Shown in pieces: positions 23,501-35,164 of a stretch of DNA of 64,000 bases. This stretch comes from Hormiphora californensis. Its lineage: Eukaryota; Animalia; Ctenophora. Under the pieces are notes generated by a model that was not told where the DNA came from, did not search any database, and saw only the letters and a program-made list of their open reading frames with translations. The translations under genes were made by a program, and so were the position numbers. Where the stretch lies: NCBI GenBank assembly GCA_020137815.1, contig CM035350.1:1736001-1800000 (forward strand). Direction: 5' to 3'. Each line of letters opens with the position of its first letter. Position 1 is the stretch's first letter.

Positions 23501-25811
23501 AAAGTTTCTTAGAGATGAGGATTGAGGAGGTCAAAATGGGAAAGTTTCTTAGAGATAAGGAGGTCAAATTGGGAAAGTTTCTTAGAGATAAGGAGGTCAA
23601 AGTGGGAAAGTTTCTTAGAGATAAGGAGGTCAAATTGGGAAAGTTTCTTAGAGATAAGGAGGTCAAATTGGAAAAGTTTCTTAGAGATAAGGAGGTCAAA
23701 TTGGGAAAGTTTCTTAGAGATAAGGAGGTCAAATTGGGAAAGTTTCTTAGAGATAAGGAGGTCAAATTGGGAAAGTTTCTTAGAGATTAGGTGGGACAAA
23801 GTGGGAAAGTTTCTGAGAGACTAGATGGGTCAAATTGGGAAAGTTTCTTAGTGATAAGGAGGTCAAATTGGAAAAGTTTCTTAGAGATAAGGAGGTCAAA
23901 TTGGGAAAGTTTCTCAGAGATAAGGAGGTCAAATTGGGAAAGTTTCTTAGAGATAAGGAGGTCAAATTGGGAAAGTTTCTTAGAGATTAGGTGGGACAAA
24001 GTGGGAAAGTTTCTGAGAGACTAGATGGGTCAAATTGGGAAAGTTTCTTAGAGATAAGGAGGTCAAAGTGGGAAAGTTTCTTAGAGATAAGGAGGTCAAA
24101 TTGGGAAAGTTTCTTAGAGATAAGGAGGTCAAATTGGGAAAGTTTCTTAGAGATAAGGAGGTCAAATTGGGAAAGTTTCTTAGAGATAAGGAGGTCAAAT
24201 TGGGAAAGTTTCTTAGAGATAAGGAAGTCAAAGTGGGAAAGTTTCTTAGAGATTAGGTGGGTCAAAGTGGGACAGTTTCTTAGAGATTAAGAGGTCAAAA
24301 TGGGAAAGTTTCTTAGAGATAAGGAGGTCAAAATGGGTAAATTTCTTAGAGATAAGGAGGTCAAATTGGGAAAGTTTCTTAGAGAAAAGGAGGTTTAATT
24401 GGGAAAGTTTCTTAGAGATAAGGAGGTCAAAGTGGGAAAGTTTCTTAGAGATAAGGAGGTCAAATTGGGAAAGTTTCTTAGAGATAAGGAGGTCAAATTA
24501 GGAAAGTTTCTTAGAAAAAAGGAGGTTTCATTGGGAAAGTTTCTTAGGGATAAGGAGGTCAAATTGGGAAAGTTTCTTAGAGATAAGGAGGTCGAATTGG
24601 GAAAGTTTCTTAGAGATAAGGAGGTCAAATTGGGAAAGTTTCTTAGAGATAAGGAGATCAAATTGGGAAAGTTTCTTAGAGATAAGGAGGTCAAATTGGG
24701 AAAGTTTCTCAGAGATAAGGAGGTCAAATTGGGAAAGTTTCTTAGAGATAAGGAGGTCAAATTGGGAAAGTTTCTTAGAGATTAGGTGGGACAAAGTGGG
24801 AAAGTTTCTGAGAGACTAGATGGGTCAAATTGGGAAAGTTTCTTAGAGATAAGGAGGTCAAATTGGGAAAGTTTCTTAGAGATAAGGAGGTCAAATTGGG
24901 AAAGTTTCTTAGAGATAAGGAGGTCAAATTGGGAAAGTTTCTTAGAGATAAGGAGGTCAAATTGGGAAAGTTTCTTAGAGATAAGGAAGTCAAAGTGGGA
25001 AAGTTTCTTAGAGATTAGGTGGGTCAAAGTGGGACAGTTTCTTAGAGATTAAGAGGTCAAAATGGGAAAGTTTCTTAGAGATAAGGAGGTCAAAGTGGGA
25101 AAGTTTCTTAGAGATAAGGAGGTCAAATTGGGAAAGTTTCTTAGAGATAAGGAGGTCAAATAGGGAAAGTTTCTTAGAGATAAGGAGGTCAAATTGAGAA
25201 AGTTTCTTAGAGATAAGGAGGTCAAATTGGGAAAGTTTCTTAGAGATAAGGAGGTCAAATTGTGAAAGTTTCTTAGAGATAAGGAGGTCAACGTGGGAAA
25301 TTTTCTTATAGATAAGGAGGTCAAAATGGAAAAGTTTGTTAGAGATAAGGAGGTCAAATTGGGAAAGTTTCTTAGAGATAAGGAGGTCAAAGTGGGAAAG
25401 TTTCTTAGAGATAAGGAGGTCAAATTGGGAAAGTTTCTTAGAGATAAGGAGGTCAAATTGGGAAAGTTTCTTAGAGATAAGGAGGTCAAATTGGGAAAGT
25501 TTCTTAGAGATAAGGAGGTCAAAATGGGTAAATTTCTTAGAGATAAGGAGGTCAAATTGGGAAAGTTTCTTAGAGAAAAGGAGGTTTAATTGGGAAAGTT
25601 TCTTAGAGATAAGGAGGTCAAATTGGGAAAGTTTCTTAGAGATAAGGAGGTCAAAATGGGAAAGTTTCTTAGAGATAAGGAGGTCAAATTGGGAAAGTTT
25701 CTTAGAGATAAGGAGGTCAAATTGGGAAAGTTTCTTAGAGATAAGGAGGTCAAATTGGGAAAGTTTCTTAGAGATTAGGAGGGCAAAGTGGGAAAGTTTC
25801 TTAGAGATTAG
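20590..25811. repeat. 33-bp tandem satellite, ~155 units, with higher-order block duplications
   Basis: Unit GGAGGTCAAATTGGGAAAGTTTCTTAGAGATAA; no spacers; variant units recur in blocks. Confidence 0.97.
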
Positions 25812-26004
25812 AATTGTGCTATTTTGGCACAATAAAACGTTCGGAAAGAGCTAATTTTATAAAGTTTCCAGGGGCTTCCCTTGCGATGGCAAAAAACGTG
25901 TGTGGCGCGCAGATTACACTAAAAATCCTATTCAAAACATCAAATTTTGAGAAAAATTGACCCTTTTCCTTGAATTTTTTCTTTTTCTTTCCATGCAGGG
26001 GCGG

Positions 26005-26670
26005 TGCGCGGCGTTCATTCACGAAAAAATTTTTGGGTTCAGCGCTGCAGAAAATGTAACGCGCGAGGTGGGTTCGGACCCTATTGGTCAATAGTGCTGC
26101 CGCATAAGCTTTTTCTTGCGCGCATTCGTATTTTCAATTGAAAATCGGCTCGTTTTTTCACTTTTTTTGTTTGTTTTTTCCGATTTTTTCACTTTTTAGC
26201 AAGTTTTCCCATTTTCTTCTCTCTCGTCCAAAAAGTGGGTCCTGGACCCACTGGACCCAGCCTTGCTTCGCCCCTGTTTCCATGATTGGAAGTAAATTGC
26301 GGACGCGTCCGCATCGTCTGCATGGCAGAGCCGCCCCTGCTTTGTTTTCAATGTCTGAAACTAACTCTCTCTCTCTCACCACTGCGAGAAATCCCAAAGC
26401 CACCTCTAAATTGCACCGCGGGCGGAGTCCAGGGGCGAAGCAAGGCTGGGTCTTGGGTCCAGGACCCACTTTTTGGACAGTAGAGAAAGGAGAAATGGGA
26501 AATTGCTAAAATGAAAAAATCAGCAAAAAAAACAAAAAAAGTGAAAAAAGCGATTTTTCAATTGAAAGAAAGATGCGCGAAAATTGATTCGAATTGGCTG
26601 GCCGACCCGCTCGCGTACATTTTATAATTTCCAGCGGCTGACCCAAAATTTTTTCGTGAATGAGCGCGCG
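26005..26670. mobile_element. Degenerate foldback/MITE (imperfect inverted repeat)
   Basis: AAAAAGTGGGTCCTGGACCCA...CCAGCCTTGCTTCGCCCCTG is mirrored by CAGGGGCGAAGCAAGGCTGG...TGGGTCCAGGACCCACTTTTT; outer arms are also complementary. Confidence 0.75.
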
Positions 26671-26737
26671 ATCCCCTGGCGGAAGTCGCTATCAATTTAA
26701 ATACAAGAATTTTAAATACAATACTTGGCGAAGTGGT

Positions 26738-26878
26738 TAAGTTCGGTTTTTTTGAAGTTGTCGCCCAAAATGCGCTCACGAAAAATTTTTGTTTGACGCG
26801 CAACAAACCGTTAACATGTGATGTGTCGGCACCACATTCCAGGCTGCGCAGTGTTGACCTTCAAAAATCCGACTTTAA
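26738..26878. mobile_element. Short MITE, related to the 42470-42628 copy
   Basis: TTAAGTTCGGTTTTTTTGAAG ... CTTCAAAAATCCGACTTTAA. Confidence 0.55.
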
Positions 26879-28047
26879 TTTCAAAAATAGCCCGTTTTTC
26901 GATTTATTGTTGTTTTTTCGATTCGTTTCCTTTTAAAGATTTTAAATTCCTATTTTCCATACTCTCATCGGGGCCGGAAATATTGCTCTGGATAGGACAA
27001 TTGGCATATAGGCAGGATCATAAATGTATGACCTAAAATAGGGATGCTTTATGTGATCCCGGGATAATGACACCTGTGTGAATTTGTTAATTTTTTTTGA
27101 ATTATACTGTTCGTACCGGGTTAATAAGAGAAAGCTTAATGTGTGTGTGTGGTGTTTGTTACTTTTATTAATTTAATTATTAATAATAACCAATATCATG
27201 GGATCGTAATTTTGCAGAAATTTTTCACGGACTCGACCAAAGCATTTCATATTTTAGTAGTTTTTCGTTTTAGGTATTGGAGCCCCTCCGACATGGTTGG
27301 ACCATTCACAATTTTGGTGTGATCTCGGGAATACAAGTAGTTCTCACACCCATTTTGAAAGCCGTAGTTTAGTCTTGTGTTTTATTGATATTGGTAGAAT
27401 TCTGACAAGAAAAGAAAAACTCGGAAATATTAAATATTTTGTGATGATGATGATGATTTCGGCTAGGAAGAGAGGAAAACCGAAAAATCCTTTTCAAACA
27501 ACAGAAATCTCGTTCGCGTTCTTAAAAAACAAATCTTTTATTTTTGGAATTTCAGATCAAATCACGCGCGCGTGCGAAAGTCAGCGCGGCCCAATTACGC
27601 AGCGAGGAACTGTAAAATTGGCCACGGCGCGTACATTCGGCAGCCGTAGATGTAGCAAAGATGGGATTTTCAAGCCTTTTTTGGAAACAATTGAAACTCA
27701 GCGGTTACTCTAACTTATAGACATACAACAACCACAATATTTTCGTATAATCCTATGACGCCTATTCATATATTGATATGTTATATTATGCTACGTAACA
27801 CAACAAACACATTTTATCTTCAAATCCCTGCAATTTTATAGTCGAAGGTGCATGAGGAGAGAACTTGTCGTGTAGATGGTATTGACAATAGTTCCTCAAC
27901 ATGCACCTTTCTTGGCCCTATAAAATTATAAATACTTATAAAAACAATAAAAATCGTTAAATATGCTATGCCACAATACGCAACAAGAGGAAGGTAGATT
28001 TACAGAGCTAAAATCGACAGAAAAATGACTAAGTAAGGGGCGGGATG

Positions 28048-28528
28048 TTAGGAGTTTTCTAGAGATATATCGTCAGACTGATAGTGTTTATCAATTGCCT
28101 CCTTAATGTGGTTATTGCTTCCCTGTGGGTCAAGGTCCATTGCCCAGGAGAAGTGCATCATTGCCAAGTGACTGTTCCCCATTTTCCGATGAATCTATGG
28201 AGAGAAGGGATGGGTTAGAGAGAGAGAGAATGAGAAGTTGAGAGGTATTGTTGACAACAGTGGTGTTACACCGGGTTATAGCAGCTGTAGTTACCTTGGC
28301 TTTGAGGAAGTATATGAGGCTCTCTGTCGGTGTTATCGCTTCTAACTCATCCAACTCAGTTAGAGCACTGTCACATCTCTCCAGACAAAGGAGGGTTGAG
28401 GCTTTATGGAACTTGCACAGTGGGTGTTTGGGGTGTTGTTCTAGGGCCTTACTCAGCACTTTCAGTGCCTCTTTGTGCTTCTTCATAGTGTTCAGTACCT
28501 GGGGGAGGGGGTTAGTTAGAAGTTGGGG

Positions 28529-28597
<69 letters not shown>

Positions 28598-30727
28598 GGG
28601 TATCTCACCACTGCTATGTGTGCCATGATAGCTGCATTGCTCTGATTGATACTGTGGGCCTTCCTGAAGTGGCAGAGCGCTAACTCATGCTTCTCCTGCT
28701 TGTAGTAAATATGTCCAATACCGTACCTGCGTGAGAAAGAATGGTTAAATATATGTCACTATATAAATGTAGTAATGAAGGTCTGACAGGTAGAACTTCT
28801 AGTACCATGCATTGTAGTGTCTTGGATCAATTCTAACTGCGTGCCGGTAGCAGTTCATGGCATCATCCAGTTCATCAATGAAGCTGTACTCGTGTCCAAG
28901 GAGAGTGTACCCATATGCAAACTGGGGGTCAACCAGTACCGATCTCTCGAAGAACTTGATGGCAGTTTCATGCTCCTTCTGGAGTGAGAAACAGTTGCCA
29001 ACTGCACACCAGGTCTAAGGGGGAGGGGGTTAGAATTTCATATATATCAAGGGAACAGCAGCCAACCACGAATGGTGTATTGGGCATTGCTTGGGTCCCA
29101 CGGGGTCTCCCAGCAGCTGCCTGGGTGCATGCAGTTGTGTGGGAGTAGAGTGGGTGCGCGCAGCAAGTAGATGCTGCTAGCAAACTACTCTAATACTATT
29201 GCGCGCAGTTTCAGTAGACCCTATCTCTCTGAGCTGTGGTGCACTGCTAACGGGCGGCGAAAATAGAACACTTGTACTGCCACTTACCTCCGGGCTTCCC
29301 TTGTTCGCCTCTAGCATCTCATGAGCTAGGGCAGATAGCTCAACCTCCCTCTGAGTATACCAGAGACAGGTGCTGTAGTACGCTAGATCCCCACATCTCG
29401 CACTATCTGTTTGGTGAACTGACTGGTACAGCCGGGCTGCCTGGGAGTGTGTGTTGTTAGTGTGTGTGTTTCCCTGCCATATATTACATCACGTGGTATA
29501 ACATTCTCTCTCTCTCTCTCAGTTCAGATCACATTTCCGTTGCTGCGAGCGATTTTTATCGCTCTGATTGTTATCTCTGTTTGCAACTGTCCCACCGTTT
29601 TGAGGACCACCGCATGATGACGTTGCCAAATGACAAAGTCACCCAATTTATAAACCGTCTCATTACCCAGAGGCCCCCTACTACATCGCCAGTCAACAAG
29701 TATTCTCCGGATGAGATAGGAAGAGGAATGCATGTTGCTGATATCACTCCTGAGATCTTAGGTGGTAGGAAGTACAGTTGCAGTAGGAAGTATTCGAAGA
29801 AAGACTTAGCGTCTTCTTTGTCGGAGGCATGCAAGTTACTAGTTGATCTTGCAGTGCCACAGGGGAGTACTACTCCTAACACGAGTACTACTCCGCGTAG
29901 GAGTCATCCACCCGAGGAATGGCGGCGTTGTAAAGATGATAAGACCAATCTACATGAGGAACTAGCTGCGGCCCACCGAAGGGTAATTGATCTTCAGGAT
30001 CAAGTGATCCAGCTGAAGGACGAGATTAGGAACGTTGAGACCGCTACAGTTACCAAGACTGTTCAACGTGATCTGAAGAGCTACTCAGCTATGCTCAGTC
30101 AGAACTGTGCAGCAGCCCTTGCTCAGACTAGGATCCAGAAGGCTGTCACTAAAGCATCTGTTGAGAAGCCTGATGAGGAGGACCGTTCCAGAAACTTGAT
30201 TGTGTTTGGACTGCCGGAGGAAGCTGATGGAGCTACAGTGGAAACATCTGTTACATCTCTGTTGGAGGAAATGGACGAGAAGCCCCCGTTGACTAGTTGT
30301 ACTAGGTTGGGTATGCCTGCCGAGGGTAAGTCGAGGCCTGTAAAGGTGACTTTGAAGTCTAGAGACAGTCTTCTTGTATTGTTGAGAAAGGCATGTGAGC
30401 TGAGAAATTCTGAGAATTTTAAGCGAGTATTTCTTGAGCCAGATCGGACTTATGAGGAGAGAGTTGAGAGGAAGAAAGCAGTGAAAACTCTAAATGAGCT
30501 GAGACAGGCGCATCCTGAGAGAAAATATGTTTTAAGGAAAGGTGTTATTGAAAGCATCTAGAACTCATTAAATTTTTGCCCCACAAGCTTGTGGAGATCC
30601 CTTTCTTGCTTTTTATGTTTTTACTATCTTGAATTGATCTCTTCGCACGGGGCAGGACCCAGTATGTTTGCCATTTATTTGATTTACATTGCTGTTCGTC
30701 CACCATTAAATTTTCCAGCCAGCCAGC

Positions 30728-30773
<46 letters not shown>

Positions 30774-32217
30774 CCACTACACGCACCACTCCCACATGGG
30801 GCCGTGAGGCCCCATGCGAGAGCAGGGTTAAATCCCCCGGACCCGGATCCTGTTGGATCTGAGGGCCCGGAGGGCCTGCGGAGTAAAGGTAGGGTAGGTA
30901 GAACAATGTACATACGGGTAAATTTAACAATGTACATATGGGTTAAGGAAAGGGGATGATTTTAAAAAGGGGGAAGTAAAGTGGGATTAAAGCTCATGGT
31001 GACGGAGCACAAGACCTCCTAAACTATCTGCAAAGAAGCCCAATCTGCTACAATGAATTCTAAGAAGAGACAACTTATCAGGAACCGAAGAAGCAAACCG
31101 TCTGAGACTAAGGCAGCCTAAAACAAGCAGGAACGGGTTCGAGCGAAAAAAAAAATAACACAAATGGATGATGATTACATGTCGAGCCAGAGAGGACAGC
31201 CAGCCCGTTCCAGAGAAGCCAGCTGACCCCGTTCCAGAGAAGACAGCCGACCCCGCTCCAGAGAAGCCAGCTGACCCCGTTCCAGAGAAGCCAGCTGACC
31301 CCGTTCCAGAAAAGTCAGCTGACCCCGTTCCAGAGAAGCCAGCTGACCCCGTTCCAGAGAAGACAGCCACCCCGTTCCAGAGAAGACAGCTGACCCCGTT
31401 CCAGTAAGGACAGCTGACCCCGTTCCAGTAAAGACAGCTGTCCCCGTTCCAGTAAAGACAGCTGACCCCGCTCCAGAGAGGACAGCCACCCCGTTCCAGA
31501 GAGGACAGCTGACCCCGTTCCAGTAAAGACAGCTGGCCCCGCTCCAGTAAGGACAGCTGACCCCGTTCCAGAAAAGACAGCCACCCCGTTCCAGAGAAGA
31601 CAGCCACCCCGTTCCAGAGAGGACAGCTGACCCCGTTCCAGTAAGGACAGCTGACCCCGTTCCAGTAAAGACAGCTGACCCCGCTCCAGTAAGGACAGCT
31701 GACCCCGTTCCAGTAAAGACAGCTGACCCCGTTCCAGAGAGGACAGCCACCCCGTTCCAGAGAGGACAGCCACCCCGCTCCAAAGAATCATCTCCGATGT
31801 AGAACCCTATCAAAAATGGAAGAAGTGGGTTAGGGGGGCTAGTAGAACAAAAACAGTATTGGTAAGCGGATAAAGGGGCGTTGGGGGTCCACAGTTGGCT
31901 GGAAGATGCCTGTTCCACTGGTAACCCTGAGCCGGAGAAGGCGGGGTAGGAACATAATAGTTGGCGATAATACACTGTGGGCCGCCTTGCCAAGATGTTT
32001 TTGTATTTTGTATTTTCTGATTTTTTTCCGTATTTCTGATACACAGCCACGCTCAGCCGCGGCCACACGGACCTGGAAATCGAACAGGGGGAAAAGGGGA
32101 TGGGGAAAAAGGTACTCCGTGTGACCCCGTTGCCCGGGGGAAACCGATTGGAGGTGGTGGCAGGTGGACCAACTCCCCCCCTCTCGCCTCTTCTCTCTCT
32201 CTAGCTACGCTCTCTCG

Positions 32218-32297
<80 letters not shown>

Positions 32298-34157
32298 TAT
32301 ACAGTCTCTCTCTCTGTCCTCTCTCTCCCTACCTGTGTATATTCAGTCATCTCGTAGAACGCCCTCGCACACTGGTTGAGTACCCAACTACTACTGTAGT
32401 GATTCTTTGGAAGTTTGTTGAACATCTGTAGGGCCTTTTTACACTCATATTGACACAGCGACTGGTATGCGAACCCAATCTGACTGAACAGCGACATGAT
32501 ACTGGATATTATCATTGTAGGGGTGTGTTTAGACAGTAGAGACTTGTCCTTTGTGCTAGACTTCTTGAACGCGTCAGAGAGTATGTTGGGTCCACGACTC
32601 TTGTTACCCGCCTTCTGGAACGAGGGAGAGTTAGAGTTGTGTAGTGCAAGGAGGAGAAGAGAGGAAGGAAGAGGGGGGTCTGTCTTGGTGTCTGTCCGTC
32701 TTCTTCTACTCACTCTGTCGTTCTCCTTGGACTTAGTGTTCCGCTGAGAGGGGGAGAGGGCGTGTTAGAATGGAGTACAAAATAATGCACAGTGCACACA
32801 GGGTTCAAGAAGTTAGAAAATTTGGGGAATTTCTATGATAAAAACACTTGCCGCATATTAATTGGGAACTAAAATCAGAACCATTGAAAATTGAAATAAA
32901 ATGAGTTCATGAAGATAACAAACTTAGATCAGTGATTTCGGTAGATATATGTTGTCATATAGAACTTCACGCCATTAAAACTAGGTACTTTTTGGACACC
33001 TACGAATTAATATTTAATATATTCGGCACGTATTATCTTCTTAAGGGGAAGGGCCCCGAAGGGGGTTGGAGAAATGGTAATTAAAATGAAAGCTCTATTT
33101 CTGCTGACAATCACACTTCTACTACTACCACCATCTACCACCATCTATCAGAGACAGGGTAGTAGAAGTGTGATTGTCAGTAGAAATATAGCTGTCTTTT
33201 TAATTACCAACCCCCTTCCCTCCTCTCCCTATGGCCTATCTCTATCTCTCTCTCTCTCTGCTTACCCCGCTTGCAATGAGCCGAGAACTTCGCCTGACTT
33301 TGCTACTGGAGAAGGGATCACCACCCTAGAGAGAAATTATATATTAGAGGAGCTTTGGTATAGATGTTGCGACACACAGCGGGTGAGATGTAAAAGAACG
33401 ATACACGATAGTGAAAAAGAAACCAATGTGTGCATGATGCGGTGGAACTAGTGGGGCAGCAGCAGCAGTAGCATGTAGCTAGATATGTGTATGGTGTGAC
33501 AGCATGGCAGCATGTTGGGTCTAATGATGAAAGTGGGCAGCATGGCAGCAGGGACATACATTACGATGCTCAGTTGCGACCATAACAGGGTAGGGGGCGA
33601 GTCTTCTCACCTGTTTTCGCAACGCTGACCCCGGTGTTCCACACGGGTTGTCTTCTTCCGAACTAAAGGGGGAAGGAAGAGTTAGGGAAGATATACGGAG
33701 GAAATGGGAATAGAATATAGATACGGGACTGGTTAGGGGAGGGAGGAATCAGGGGTGAAAGGGGCGACTAGTCAGGGAGTCCAGTAAAACTTGGTGTATA
33801 CTTACTAGTGGTTGATGTGTTCCCTCAGTTGATCAGAGTGAACTGGCGTGCTGATCTAGGGAGGAATGGAGTGTTAGCAACTAGTACTATGGTGTCAGAG
33901 CATTAGTCAAACCAAGTTATTTCTATTTTCATCCCTATTCAATTCTTGTACAGGTCTCACTTCTGCATTTATTATCAATCTCTCAAAGTGTTGGGGTTAC
34001 TTCCATCGCATTGGTCTCTCTTTTACTCTCTCCCCCGTCTCTCTCACTATATTTAATTCCTCCAAGAGGGTGTGTGTAATACCGGATACTAAACTAGACA
34101 CCACCCTCTCTACCAAGATAGACTAGTAGTTCCTGCTAGACACACCCTCCCTCTCTA

Positions 34158-34228
<71 letters not shown>

Positions 34229-35091
34229 GCCCGGAAGAGATCAGCCGTGTATCGTTTGTGTGTACACGGGACAGCGCTTGCACATTCCACATACAATCAC
34301 ACACACCGCAGTGTGAGCAAGCAAGATGACGTAAACAAGCAAGGACTTCCCTGTACTCTCTCTCCCTCTTTTTCATATTATAAATCTCTCACTCCATTTG
34401 CCCCATTTCTCTCTCTATCTCTCTCCCCTTGTTGTTCTTTGCACGGTGTTGCTACAGTTACATGGAGAGATGCGTGTGAGAGCATCAAAACATCACATAC
34501 GGATCCCCGTTACATGATGTAACATTGTAACTTACATCCAATGACAGTAGAAAGATAGGACCATGAATCATACATTTAAAGAGAGGTCCATTATTGCTGT
34601 ACCCATACAATGGGCGTGTGTAACAATGTTTCCAGATCCTTGTATAGTATTCTTTCTCCCTTCCATTTATGTTCCCTCTCTCTCTCTCGCTCTCTCTTTC
34701 TTTCACTCTCTCCCTTTCTCTCCCAACTCCTCATTTTGCTGTGAGCCCTGTTCGGCCCAACGGGGGAGCACCATTTCAAACGGGCCTGATTGGGAGACAG
34801 AGTCACGTGATAGATCACGTGTTGTTCAGCCAGTGTGGTGGTGCTTCCTGCAACAATGTATCACGTGATCTTCCCTCCACCGATGGCAGTAAAACATTGC
34901 ATCACGTGATCTCCTCTCCACCAATGGGAGTGGACATGAGGAAGTCACGTGACAAGCGCGTCTGTATGCTCACGACTGGTGCAACTGGTAAGCTAATTGT
35001 TGCACACTACGTCATCTTTTAGAGAGTTAACAGAGAGAACAGATACAAACAGAGAGAGAGAGAGAGAGGGAAAGAGAGAGAGAGAAAGAGA

Positions 35092-35164
<73 letters not shown>

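Larger units (their letters stand above)
30771..32179 (-). mobile_element. Non-coding retroelement: 5' HDV-like ribozyme, internal minisatellite, structured 3' end, inserted in (GA)n
   Basis: Bounded by TC tracts at 30732-30770 and ~32182-32280; 3' hairpin CTCTCGCATGGGGCC-TCAC-GGCCCCATGTGGGAG. Confidence 0.65.

Noticed and set aside
20590-25811. CRISPR array or LRR gene
   Set aside because: Contiguous units with no unique spacers, no cas genes and a eukaryotic context; the ORFs on both strands are repeat artefacts with frameshifts.
30987-32068. Repetitive ORFs (PVPEKPAD / GTGSAV)
   Set aside because: Translations of a minisatellite with mixed 26/30-bp units.
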